From NCBI RefSeq assembly GCF_009914755.1, contig NC_060941.1: a DNA stretch of 64,000 nucleotides. One strand, given 5' to 3'. This DNA comes from the human T2T-CHM13v2.0 reference genome, Homo sapiens. Each line of letters starts with the position of its first letter. Position 1 is the stretch's first letter. The notes beneath the pieces are model-generated. The model saw only the letters and a program-made list of their open reading frames with translations. It was not told the origin of the DNA and did not search any database. The position numbers and the translations under genes are program-made. Shown in pieces: positions 34,958 through 63,519 of this stretch.

Positions 34958-35905
34958 GAGCACTGTTAACAAAAATACAATGCAAGCCACCTAGATAATT
35001 TTAAATATTCTGGTAGCCACATTAGAAAGGTTAAAAGTTCATGTAAAGTTTCTTAAAACTTAAAATTGTATAAATAAAAATGTTAAAAGAAAGTGAAATT
35101 GATTTTGATAATATTTTATCAAGTCCAATATCTCTAAGGTATTATTTCAACATGTAATCAATATAAAGATCATTTAAGAGATATGAGACTAAGTCTTCAA
35201 AATCCAGTGTGTCTGGGCCAGGCGAGGTGGCTCATGCCTGTAATTCCAGCACTTTGGGAGGCTGAGGCAGGCAGATCACCTGAGATCAGGAGTTTGAGAG
35301 CAGCCTGGCCAACATGGTGAAACCCCATCTCTACTAAAAATACAGAAATTGTTCGGGTGTCACCACACCCGTTCCTGTGGTCCCAGCTACTCAGGAGGCA
35401 GACCCAGAAGAATCATTTGAACCTGGGAAGCGGAGGTTGCAGTGAGCCAAGGTTGCACCACTGCACTCCAGCCTAGGTGATGGAGTGAGACTTCATTTCA
35501 AAAAATAAAAATAAAAATAAAAAAAACAACAACCAGTGTGTCTGGAGGAAGAATTGTTTCTGAGAAAACCAAAGAGAAAGAAAAGAAAAGGAAAAGAAAA
35601 GAAAAGAAGAAAGAAAGAAAGAAAGAAAGAATCCAGTGCATGTGTTTTATATTTGCAGCAATCTCAGTTCAGATGTGAAATTTTCGTCAGAGATACTTCA
35701 TCTGTATTTAAATTTCATAAAATTTGCAGTAGAAAAAGTAGATTCACAAAACCAAGCTGCTCCAAATGTAGTCATACAATTTCTAGTCAGAGTTAAGTAT
35801 CAGTCTTAAAATTAATTAAAATTAAATAAAAATTCCAATTAGTGACACTAGCCACATTTCAAGTGTTCAGTAGTTACCTGGAGCTAGCAGTTATTTCCTG
35901 GGCTA
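34958..35905 (+). mobile_element. Charlie1b/MER33-type hAT element interrupted by AluSx (35216-35530)
   Basis: AAATACAATGCAAGCCAC...TAGCCACATT...CTAAGTCTTCAAAATCCAGTGTGT...CACTAGCCACATTTCAAGTG. Confidence 0.75.
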
Positions 35906-36149
35906 GTCCATGGGAAGTGGGCAGGAGCCTTGAATGATTGGATATGAGGAAAGGAGTAGGGAAAGGCAGATGGAATAGCCTGAGAGCCGGCATGCAGCTG
36001 GCGTGAGCCTGGGACAGTGTGGAAGCCAGTTTGATTAGGACCAGCAAGCTGAGGCTGATGAGTCAGGGTAGAGTCAAATTGGGAAGGGTTTGGACTTCAG
36101 GTTATGAGGTTAGCATTTTGTTCTGTTGTTAAACAGTAACCCCTGGAAT

Positions 36150-39681
<3,532 letters not shown>

Positions 39682-40082
39682 TCATCTTCATTATTTCTAA
39701 ACTTTTTATGCTTTTCAATGTCAGTCTACTCTTCACTGCCCCTAAATAAGGCCTTGCTCGACTCTTTTTAAACATTTCCTCATATTTCCCTGCTTCCTTC
39801 TTGCCCTTCTGACTGTGACAGTCCTGTCCTCCATCCTCCTTTCTTTCCAAGTTTTGCTGACGGGAGGAATATGAAGAAAAAGAAATGAGGAAAGACATTC
39901 CTTCAAGATCTAGCTTATAGACCGGATAATAATCTGAACATGCCCTGAGCCCTCTAATGTTCATTTTTCTCCCTTTCATCTGAACTCCTGTGGAGCTCAT
40001 GGTCTCTATACACAATTTAGTACTAGCAGTAGCCGGCCTCCAGGGTAGCCCCAATGTGACTCTATGCCTGGTATTCATGCAT

Positions 40083-40626
<544 letters not shown>

Positions 40627-41304
40627 TCAATAGATGCCTGATGGTCAGGTGCATCCCCTAGCTCAGTACTGTCATTTAACAGGTTGAATGATAGTGCCAT
40701 TGTGGCACTTTTCACATGGAAAGATCTTAGAAGTTTTTTCCTGGCACAAGCAGAACTGCTGCCACACAGAGGCCCAGACAACGACACTGCATGAATAAAT
40801 GTATTTTTTTAGCTAGAGCCATGAGGAATCGTATCCTGATGGGTTTACCCAAACAGGCTGCTACCAAATGTGAGGCTGGGGTTGGGCCACAGGATTTGAC
40901 TTGTGGTCACTCATGTTCCTTGATCCTCTACGCTCCTATCCTGCCCATTCTGGGGTGCTCAGCTCTCACCATGGACCTGGGGACATTAAAAGTCCCTTCC
41001 CTTTATTAGTCAGACACCTGCAAAAACCTCTGGCATCTATTTCACTTAACAGCACAATCAGTCATGTTCCACGTAAACATCAGCTCATTTCAGCTCCTGT
41101 CTCCTACTCTGGGAGTTGGAGCTTTGAGAACCTGGGAAAAAAGAGGATGAGGAGACTGTAAAATTGTGGAGTCCTTGTTTAAGATGATCACTAGCTGGGT
41201 GGTGCTAGTGGGACCCTGATAGGATGGGTGGCCAGCAGACCCCCAGCTGAGTAGGCTTCTTTGTGTCATTTTGCTCCAGCATTGACCTGAAAACTCAACA
41301 ATTG

Positions 41305-43439
<2,135 letters not shown>

Positions 43440-43592
43440 TCAATGCTGGAGCAAAATCACACAAAGAAGCCTACTCAGTGACTGCCAGGATCCACTTGGC
43501 ACTCCCAGTAGAGCCCCAGGGGGACTCCACATCCAGTTAGTATTCCAACACCCCCCCACTTCCCAGCGAGGAGGGGCTTGAGCCTCCCCAGA

Positions 43593-44576
43593 TGTATGCA
43601 TTTCCTGGGGCTGCCATAACAAAGAACCAAAAGCTGAGAGGCTTAAAACAACAGACATTTACTATCTCCCAGTTCTGGAGCCTGGAAGTCTAAATGCAAG
43701 GCGTCAGCAGGGCCGTACTCTCTCCGATGGCTCTGGGTTAAGAACGCTTCCTCGTCTCTTCCAGCTTCGGTTGCTGGCCAGCATCCTTGACATCTCTATT
43801 CACATGGCTGTCTCCTCTCCGCATCTTCACACTGCCCTCCCCTCTCTATTCACATGGCTGTCTCCTCCCCACATCTTCACACCACCTTCCTTCTGTATTT
43901 CTGTGTCCAAATTTCCCTTGTTTACAAGGACACTAATCATATTAGATCAGGGCCCCCGACCTCATTTTTTTTCTTATATATATGTATATATAATGAAAAA
44001 TAAATATTATAAATCTAATATAATATTTTTATTTTTCTTATATATGTATATATAATGAAAAATAAATATTATAAATCCAATAAACTATAGTCATATTAAT
44101 ATAATATTTAATATATTATAAATATATAGCTTATATAAATGTTTATATTATATTATATAAAAATGTTAAATTTATATATAATACATGATATATAACATTT
44201 ACATTTATATTTTATATATTATAAAAATATCATATATTAAAATATATTTAAACTATAAATATATATTCAATAAATATGTAACAATATGTACATATATGTG
44301 TGTATATATATTTATAAATATAATTGAGATAGTGTCTCACAGTGTTGCCCTGGCTGATCTCAAACTCCTAGGCTGAAGTGATCCTCCTGCCGCAGCCTCC
44401 CAAAGTGCTGGGATTACAGGCCTGAGCGGCTGCACCCAGCCCTGAACCTCATTTTAACCTGATTACTTCTGTAAAGACCTTCCTTCCAAATAAGGCCCAT
44501 TCTGAAGCAGTGGGCGTCAGGACTTCAGCATATCCTTCTGTGAGTGTGGGAGGGGGTCACAATTCAACCCGTAACA
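43593..44576 (-). mobile_element. MLT1C-like MaLR solo LTR interrupted by a FLAM (44325-44441) with a long AT-rich tail
   Basis: Termini TGTATGCATTTCCTGGGGCTGCCATAACAAA...CACAATTCAACCCGTAACA; 5-bp TSD CCAGA/CCAGT. Confidence 0.88.
43975..44325. repeat. AT-rich low-complexity block
   Basis: Very high AT content with an internal ~62-bp tandem duplication. Confidence 0.9.
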
Positions 44577-44592
44577 CCAGTCTTAATAAAAC

Positions 44593-45477
<885 letters not shown>

Positions 45478-45889
45478 TAGTCCTTTCCTTAAGAGGCACT
45501 CTATGGGCAGAAAAGACAATACAGACCTAAACAAGAAATTATAATATATCATGATGTCATAAATAATGGAAATACCAACAAAATACAGTAGAAGCAGAAA
45601 GGAAGGCCTGGGGGACTTCCCAGAGGAGGCAACATCTGGAGAAGGGTTTTAAAGGTTAAGCAAGAGTTTGGCAGGCATAGGCATGGAGGTGGAAAACAAT
45701 AGGGCCCCTTCCGGGCATCATAAGCAATCTGGCATTATAGGACTATAAAGCGCAAGAGAAGGAGAGGTGGGAGATGAAGTGGAAAGAGCAAGCAGGAAAC
45801 AGATCATAAGTGGCTTCAGGTGCTCTTCAAAGAAGCACAGGCTTTATTTGTCTCCTGTGGGTGACGAGGAGGCATTTCAAGGCTTGGAA

Positions 45890-46690
45890 ATATCAATCAA
45901 GTCCCAGAAGAAATGGATAACACACTGAATCTGGGCAACCAAGGAGAGTTTAATAAACGGACCATGAATAAAGACTTGAGAAGGGCTGGGCAAGGTGGTT
46001 CATGCCTGTAATTCTAACTTTGGAAGGCCAAGGTGGGAGGATTGCTTGAGCCCTGGAGTTCAAGACCAGCCTGGGAAACATAGTGAGACCCTCATCTCTA
46101 AAAATTAAAAAGAAACAAAAACAAAAACAAAAAAACTCAGCTGGGTGTTGTGGTACACACCTGTTGTCCCAGCTACTTGGGAGGCTGAGTTGGAAGGATC
46201 ACTTGAACCCAGGGGTCGAGGCTACGGTGAGCCATGATTGTGCAACTGTACTCTAGCCTGGGCAAGAGTGAGATCCTGTCTCAAAAAAAAAAGTTGGGGG
46301 GGTGGTGCGCGGGGGGATTGAGACGTGATTAGGGAAACAACAAAGGGCGGCGCAGTGCCCCAGCAGAACCACAGCAGGGAACTCTTACTGCATCTAGGCT
46401 GGAAGCAGCAAGTGAAAAGAGTGAGAACCAGAATCCCGTAGCTGTAGGAGTGGCCACCTCATGGACATGGGCTTTGGTAGAGGAAGGCAGCTACCAATAA
46501 CCCTAGGAGCTCAGTGGTTAGATGCGCCAACCTCTTCCCACCCTCCAGTCTTCCTGACCCAGTTGGAAGTCCAAGAGCAAAGAAGTCCAGGTGACAGGGT
46601 CTATAGAAACCAGCTACTAGGACATCAGGATGGAAGGGTGGAGATGGAGAGGACATCCGGAGAAGCAAAGGAAAGCTGTCCAGCTCAGAG
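45890..46690 (-). mobile_element. Old MaLR LTR (MLT1M/N-like) with AluJ (+, 45983-46292)
   Basis: TCAAGTCCCAGAAGAAATGGATAACACACT...GAGAGTTTAATAAA...GTCCAGCTCA. Confidence 0.55.
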
Positions 46691-47089
46691 GTCTGCTGGT
46701 GGCTTGGCGGAGGCTGGGTGTAGGGAATTGGTGATAGCCTGACAAGAGAAGCTTTGATTCTGAACTCAAGCCTCTGAGAAGGTTTGGAAAGGCAAGGATG
46801 GAGCTACAAGAAATTTAGGAGGGAGAATTGACCACATAATTATAGAAGATGAGTGAAAAGGAAGAGCCTGGAAGTCTAGAAGTTTAGGGTTTGGGTAAAG
46901 GCATGAGTGTTGATGCTGTCAACTCAGGAAGAGAAATCAAGAGAAAGAGAAGGTTTTCATTTTGCTCAAGGGCATGGAGGCGAAGGTAGGGGAGAGTGTG
47001 ATGCTAATAAGCTCAGTTTGGGACTTGTTGAGGAGCCAGAGAGACATCCTAATCAAGATGTCCCCAGGCAGTTGGCAATGTAGGTCTAC

Positions 47090-47755
<666 letters not shown>

Positions 47756-47902
47756 GATTAGAAGATTGGAGAGTAGGTAGGGCTGGAAAGGAGAGACTTG
47801 GAGGTCATCAACACGTAAGGGTGGTTAACCATGATGGGATGAGTGAGGTCAGCTTGAAGAGCACGAAGAATGAGAAGACAGATGGACTAAGAGTGAACTC
47901 TT

Positions 47903-48227
47903 TCATGTCCTTTGCAGGGACATGGATGAAGCTGGAAACCATCATTCTCAGCAACCTGTCACAAGGACAGAAAACCAAACACCGCTTGTACTCACTCATA
48001 GGTGGGAATCGAACAATGAAAACACTTGGACACAGGGTGGGGAACATCACACACTGGGGCCTGTCATGGGGTGGGGGGCTGGAGGAGGTATAGCATTAGG
48101 AGAAATACCTAATGTAAATGACAAGTTGATGGGTGCAGCAAACCAACTTGGCACATGTATACCTATGTATCAAACCTGCATGTTGTGCACATGTACCCTA
48201 GAACTTAAAGTATTAAAAAAAAAAAAA
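47903..48227 (+). mobile_element. L1PA5/6-like 3' end (5'-truncated)
   Basis: L1PA 3'UTR ending GTACCCTAGAACTTAAAGTA plus poly-A; perfect TSD AAGAGTGAACTCTT (47889-47902, 48228-48241). Confidence 0.93.
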
Positions 48228-48416
48228 AAGAGTGAACTCTTGCAGAACACACACATTTACTGGGCAGCTTGAGGAGCCAGCAAAGAAGACCAAGAAACAG
48301 CTATCAGATGAAGACTAAGAACTAGAATAGAGTCATGTCCCGGAAACCCAGGAAGAGCCATCAAGAAGGGAGAGGTGAGCAGTGTAAAATGTTGCAGATA
48401 GAACAGAAAAGGGGGA

Positions 48417-49508
<1,092 letters not shown>

Positions 49509-50614
49509 TTAGCAAATGCATTGTCAGCTGCCAAGAATGAGAGGAGTGGAGGCTTGGTCAGGAGCTTGAGAAGATGGGCTAATGTGTGAGAGCCGCAGAG
49601 GGAGCTGCCAAGTTCAAGAGGGGGATGAACAGTTTGGGGACCCCAATTGGACGGTGAGCCTTGGGAGTGTCCTGATGTGATGTCACAGTTATGTTTCGTG
49701 AAACGCAACACAGATGGTCCCGTACCTGGGGGACTGGAGGGTGAATCTTCACACCAGGGTGGGAGGACCCGAAGAGTGAAGGAGATGGAATTTGAAACTC
49801 CCTGTCTAAAGAAAGAAAGTGGAACTTGTGGAATAGTAAACAAAATCCTTGCAGGTGCTCCCGTTTTCATTTCCTTTGCATATCCTGGCTCAGTCATCTT
49901 CCTGCACCCTTGCAGATGTTGCCATTCCCAGGAAAATCAGGGGCAGAGAGCAGCATGGGTGGGAACTGGAAAGTCCCTGCCGTGGAGGGTCTTGGGGGGA
50001 TGCACCGGCTCCTGCTCCCCCATCTGCTGCTCACGGAAGGAGACGCCTGCCGGAAGCACAAGGAGGGGCTGGGGGTCTGGAAGGCTGAGCTTGAGTCACA
50101 GGAACACTAGGGATGCCAAGACCCCTCGGGAGGTCTTGGTGGCTGGTGTCTCTGAGGGCCATCAGCTGGTGTCTCTTTGGCCGAAGCAGCCCAGGCAGGG
50201 ATTGGGAAAGGTTAGGAGTGTGGACTCCAGAACCAGCCTGCCGAGGGCGAAACTCCAGTGCTGCCACTTACCATTCAAAGCTACAGGACCCAGGCGAGTG
50301 ATTTAAAGCCTCTGTGACTCAGTTTCCCCAAGTGACTTAAAGCCTCTGTGACTCAGTTTCCCCATCTCTAAAATGTGGATCATAATTGCTGCTTCCTCAT
50401 AGGGATGTTTTTGTGAGAATTAAATGAATTGAAAGGTGGGGACCCCAAACACCCAGTAAAGGTGGGGTATGATCCTTTAGCTCATGGCTGAGTGCCTGCC
50501 ACTGGGAATTCAGCTTGGGTTGTCTGAGTCAGAGGGGCCTGGCACTGAACCCCAGCCCTCCACCCAGACCACTCAGGACTCCCTTAAGATCCTAATGGGT
50601 GTAGAGTGTGCCTG

Positions 50615-50914
50615 CCTTTCCTTCCTTCCCTTCCCTTCCTTCTCTTTCTTTCTTTCCTTCCTTCCCCTTCCCCTTCCTGTTCTCTCTTCCCTCCCCCCCT
50701 TCCCCTTCCCATTTCCCCTCCCCTCCCCTCCCCTCCCCTTCCCTTCCCTTTCCTTTGCTTCCCTTCCCTTCCCTCTTTCTTTCTTTTCCTTCCTTCCTGA
50801 GACAGGGGTCTCAGTATGTTGCCCTGGCTGGTCTCAAACTCCTGAGCTCAAGCAATCCTCATGCCTTGGCCTCCCAAAGTGCTAGGATTACAAACATGAG
50901 CCACTATGCCTGTC
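50615..50914 (-). mobile_element. FLAM with ~170-bp polypyrimidine tail
   Basis: (CCCTT/CT)n tract then reverse left monomer. Confidence 0.85.
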
Positions 50915-51159
50915 CTACACTTTTATTTCTGATAAAGGCTAAGTGAAGACCTTAGCTTAGTCTGAGAGCCAAATGGGCCTGCCTAAAGTTAGAGTGGGGT
51001 GGACTCTCCCACCTGGTCACAGCCACGCTGGCCCCAGGCGGGGGCTGGCCTAGGGTGGAGTAATGCAGAATAGATGCTGCCTGCAGGAAGCTCAGTGCCT
51101 AAGAGGAAAGCCATTAATATTAATATGTTATATATTCATGTATTATATATAAATTTAAC

Positions 51160-51474
<315 letters not shown>

Positions 51475-51819
51475 TTAACAGTCATATATAATATAATATA
51501 AAAATAATATTTATATAAACTATATATTTATAATATATTAAATATTTTATTAATATGAATATAGTTTATATTAGATTTATAATATTTATTTTTCATTACA
51601 TAGTTCTTCCCAAATGTATTAATCCAGTGAGTCATTCCATCTCTTCTAGGGCCCAGCCAGCAGAGGGGCAAAGCCTCAGCAGTTGTTGCGGGGAGGGCAG
51701 ACTCAAAGAAGAAAAAGGGAATGGGGAGCAAGCCTTCTCCTAACACTCAGCTACTCCATGTCTCTTATGTCTATTCTACAAACACTTTTATGCTACACTT
51801 GGGGCAGGGCGTTGCAACC

Positions 51820-54730
<2,911 letters not shown>

Positions 54731-55519
54731 TGTGTAGATATTATTACATTTGTAAAAATTTGTGTTTCTTTGTTTTCTAAATTTTCAGTAGGGGACATGT
54801 ATAATATTCATAGTGGGGAAAAAGAGACTTGCAAAAGCAGAGACATCAATATTATTAAACAGAATTCATCTGACTTTGGTCTAAAGGAGGCATGTGGGGT
54901 ATCAGAAGACAGGATGGTGTTGCCATATTTGTCTTTGATAATTTCTAGCAAGTGTTTCTGGGAAATTTCTATCATTGCAGGAACTCCATTCCTTAGGATG
55001 GAAAGGAGGAAACATCTCTTATTGTAGGGTAGCATATGGAGGAGGTGACCAGGAGGTCTGTCTTAGGGCAAATCGTTCTCCATGAAATCCCTAAAACCCA
55101 CTCTCCTCCCCACTCCTCCCTTCCTCGCCTGCTCACTGGCCCACCTTGCCTGGAAATGATGGAGGTGCAGGGAGAAGAACAGAGTTCCAGGCTTGCGGGA
55201 ACAAGACACCCTTTTACTGTCAAGCAAAGCCAATTGATTTAGATGGAGAGAGGTGCTCTAAGCAAAGTGTTTACATTTTCAAACAAAGATGCAAAAGAAT
55301 GTAAGGATAAGAAGGCGCAAGGTTATCAAAGCTGACTACACTTCCTCAGACTGTTCTCCCTCTAGCAGATGTCTTGGACCAATGTAAAACAATGTAGATT
55401 CAAAAAATCAGTTTGATATAGTTACTTATCTTGAAAACTGTTGAGATTGCTCCTTTTCGCCCTTTTTTTACCTACCTTGTCCAATTCATCAAGCTGTCTT
55501 CCACTTATTATTCAAACAG

Positions 55520-57210
<1,691 letters not shown>

Positions 57211-57211
57211 A

Positions 57212-57420
57212 AAATGGTGAAGCCCCATCTCTACTAAAAATACAAAAATTAGCCGGGTGTGGTGGCACACGTCTGTAATCCCAGCTACTTGGAGGCTGAG
57301 GGAGGAGAATCGCTTGAACCCAGGAGGCAGAGGTTGCAGTGAGCCAAGATCGCGCCACTGCACTCCGGTCTGGGCGACAGAGCAAGACTCCATCTCAAAA
57401 AAAAAAAAAAAAAAAAAAAA
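57212..57420 (+). mobile_element. 5'-truncated AluS
   Basis: Starts at ATGGTGAAGCCCC; long A tail. Confidence 0.88.
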
Positions 57421-57540
57421 GTCCCATTGAAACATAACAACTGTACTATTCTTCTAGTCTGTAGCCTGTTACCATCATGAAAAACTAAGTTACTCTTTTT
57501 CACCCAGCCCCCAGTGGCTTTCCCTTCTGTGTTGGCTCCT

Positions 57541-57844
57541 TTTTTTTTTTTTTTTTTTTTTTTTGAGACGGAGTCTCGCTGTCGCCCAGGCTGCAGTGCA
57601 GTGGCGCGATCTCGGCTCACTGCAGGCCCCGCCCCCCGGGGTTCAAGCCATTCTCCTGCCTCAGCCTCCGGCGTAGCTGGGACTACAGGTGCCCGCCACC
57701 TCGCCCTGCTAATTTTTTGTATTTTTGGTAGAGACGGGGTTTCACCGTGTTAGCCAGGATGGTCTTGATCTCCTGATCTCGTGATCCACCCGCCTCGGCC
57801 TCCCAAAGTGCTGGGATTACAGGGGTGAGCCACCGCGCCTGGCC
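57541..57844 (-). mobile_element. AluYe5-like young Alu
   Basis: Diagnostics GGCGAGGTGG, CCCCGGGGGGCGG..CCTGCAG, GACAGCGAGAC; TSD CCTTCTGTGTTG. Confidence 0.8.
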
Positions 57845-57861
57845 TCCTTCTGTGTTGATTC

Positions 57862-58229
57862 CTAAAGAAAAGGGGTTTAATTGGCTCATAATTCTGCAGG
57901 CTGTACAGGAAGCATGGTGCCAGAATCCCCTTCAATTCTGGGGAGGCCTCAGGGAGCTTTCACTCATGGCTGAAGGCGAAGCAGGAGCAGATATGTCACA
58001 TGGTGAGAGAGGGAGCGAGAGAGAAGGGAGAGGTTCTAGACACTTTTAAACAACCAGATCTCACGTGAAGTAACTGAAGGAGAACTCACTTACCACCAGG
58101 GGGACGGTGCTAAGTCATCCTTGAGAAATCTGCCCCCATGATCCAATATTTGCCACCATGGCTACCTCCAACGTTGGGGATCACGTTTCAGCATGAGATT
58201 TGGAGGGGACACGCATCCACACCACATCA
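57862..58229 (-). mobile_element. MSTA/MSTB MaLR LTR
   Basis: AAGAAAAGGGGTTTAATTGGCTCA...GCTGTACAGGAAGCATGG...CATGAGATTTGGAGGGGACAC...ACCACATCA. Confidence 0.88.
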
Positions 58230-58490
58230 ACTTCCATTTCTAAGAGCTCTCGGGGCATCTCTGCAGTGCTCTGTGCTTCTGTTCCATTCTGGAACAGAAC
58301 ATTCTGCTTCTGTTTCTACTCTGGGCTTTCACGGCCTGCTCAGCGTTCACTTCCCTCATAATTTTGCTCTCATGTGGCTTTGCCTCACCATGGGTCTGAT
58401 TCCACCCTTTTCAAATTTGTCCACCTCTACCAACTGGCTCAACTGGCTACTTCCAAGAGTGATCATATAGTTGATTGGTCCAGGTCATCC

Positions 58491-59332
58491 TTTTTTTTTT
58501 TTTCTTTTCTTTTGCAGGGTCTCTCCCCATCATCCAGGCTGGAATGCAGCGGTGCAATGACAGCTCATTGCAGCCTTGACCTCCCGAATTCAAGTGATCC
58601 TCCCACCTCATCCTCCTGAGTAGCTGAGATTACAGGCATGCACCACCACACCTGGCTAATTTTTAAAATTTTTTTTTGCAGAGACAGAGTCTCACTGCGT
58701 TGCCCAAGCTCAGGTCATCCTTTTATACCTGGCTGTGTTACAGGTTGATAGCCAGTCTATGAGTCAAGTCCCATGGTCCAAAATGGAAGCTAAGGGATTG
58801 GGTGGGAATGTGAAGGGAGCTGTGGATGAAACCAGTTTCTTTGCAATGAAGTTTAAGGATGGCAAGACATCATCTGTTCATCTGGGAGAGGGATTGAGCA
58901 GGAGCATGGGAAAACCCGTTGCCCTCTTGCCTCTATTGCAAATAAATGCTTTTGTCTTTCTGAAAAACTTTTCTTCTGAGTTGCTTAAGTCATTCTATTT
59001 GGAAGTATGTTAGAGGCTTTGGGGAGCTCTGCACTAAAAAATACCCCCCGCTTTTTTTTTGAGACAGAATTTTGCTCTTGTTGCCCAGGCTGGAGTGCAA
59101 TGGCATGATCTTGCCTCACTCTGCCTCCCAGGTTCAAGCTATTCTCCTGCCTTAGTCTCCCGAGTAGCTGGGATTACAGGCACCTGCCATGTCCAGCTAA
59201 TTTTTGTATTTTTAGTAGAGACAGGGTTTCACCATGTTGCCCAGGCTGGTCTCGAACTCCCAACCTCAGGTGATCTACCTGCTTCGGCCTCCCAAAGTGT
59301 TGGGATTACAGGCGTGAGCCACCGTGTCCGGC
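58491..59332 (-). mobile_element. AluJ fragment (58491-58710) and AluSq-like (59052-59332)
   Basis: Reverse matches; TSD CAGGTCATCCTTTT. Confidence 0.85.
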
Positions 59333-59686
59333 AATAATCCTTTTTAAATGTATTAAACACATAGACTTCTGAATGTGTGTGGCTATAATACACCCCCCTG
59401 TACCCCATTTCTTATATTTCTTTATTTACATCAGCTGTTAGTAGCTAACATGCTATTGCTTTTACATCTTGCTACTCAGATTGAAGTTGGCTTGGGCATC
59501 ACCTAGCAGCCTGTTAGAAGTGCAGAATCTCAGCCTCACCCCAGAACTACTGCATCAGAAACTGTACTTAATATATTTATTTACTAAAATTTAAAAAGTT
59601 TTAATTATTTTAAAATAGCTAAATTAATTAATTTAATACATTTATAAATTTAAACTAATAAAGTTAATTAATTAAATTAGAAATTT

Positions 59687-61577
<1,891 letters not shown>

Positions 61578-61876
61578 CAGAATCTGCACTTTAACAAGAT
61601 CCTCAGGAGACTAACATTTGCATTAAATGTTGAGAAGCATTGATCTTAGAGCAAACTTGGGAAACACTGAACAAGTCTGATCAGTGAATGTGGCTCGGAG
61701 AAGTAATGTGCCTTGTCTAAGCTCCCTAATTAGCCAGTAGTAGATCTGGGATTAGAATCCAAGTGTCACGAGTCCTAGTCATATTAACTTTCCAGCACAA
61801 CATGGGTGTCTCCCTCATCTAGAAAACAAGGAGGCCTGATTTGGTCATTGTTAGAGAAGGAAATTAGCATGTGATT

Positions 61877-62164
61877 GGGGTGACCACATAAGTTATCATC
61901 AAAACATAGTTGCTTTTTTGTTTTATTTTATTTTATTTTAACTATAAAATAATTTTCTTTACTAGAGACAGGGTCTTACTATGTTGCCCGGCTAGTCTTG
62001 AACACCTTGGCTCAAGCGATCTACCTGTCTTGACCTCCTAAAGTGCTGGGATGACAGGCATGAGCCACTGTACCCAGCCTAAACATAGTCACTTCTGAGA
62101 GTGCAAGAGGGCACCATTAGCTATTTCAGGACAATAAATGCAACCTGACATAAGTGGTCACTCT
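61877..62164 (+). mobile_element. MER94 (hAT-Blackjack) split by FLAM (61912-62079)
   Basis: TIRs GGGTGACCACA...AGTGGTCACTCT; core CACTTCTGAGAGTGCAAGAGGGCACCATTA. Confidence 0.75.
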
Positions 62165-62259
62165 ATATACCTAAAGATATTTCTAGTTTACAGGGCCCCT
62201 TCATATTTGTTAACTAAACTGCATAAATATCTGATGACAAAATAATTTTAAAGTTCTAA

Positions 62260-63028
<769 letters not shown>

Positions 63029-63519
63029 TCACAGATACATACAAAGTTGAAATGATTTTGAAATTGCTTTGCTGAACCCATTCAACTAAATTTGAAAACC
63101 TGGTTTCCACGTTGTCATTCACCATGGCTGTGGCCAAGCTAGGGCTGGAAGCTACATCTCATGGCTTTCTGCCTAGTAATTTCCCTGTGAGTCAACCAGA
63201 CTTCAGAGTCTCATTTCTGAAACTTTTATTCCAGTACTCTAACCTAGAGCTAAGATGTCTTTGTAGCTTGGTGGGAACGCGGCTCTTCCATGGGAATGAG
63301 ACACAGATGATCTGAAGACATATCTCCTGAGCATACCTCTTATGATAAATGCCCACATGCCTCCATCTGACATCAGCTTTGTCTGCCATGCTCAGGCCAC
63401 CTGGCTCTAGAAATAAAAGATGGGAACGTCCCTGATCCTGAATGTTAAACCTGGAAAATCTCCTCCTGCCAGAGATGTAGCTAGCATTCCATATTTAAAC
63501 TATCTTTAAAGATTTTAAT

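Noticed and set aside
49647-50306. 219-aa plus-strand ORF in non-Alu sequence
   Set aside because: Starts at TTG, no recognisable domain, ends in a MIR; region is better explained as regulatory
58092-58106. CTCF-like CCACCAGGGGGAC in the MST LTR (and weaker matches near 49593, 51656, 62101)
   Set aside because: Mismatches at core positions; cannot be supported without a PWM scan or ChIP data
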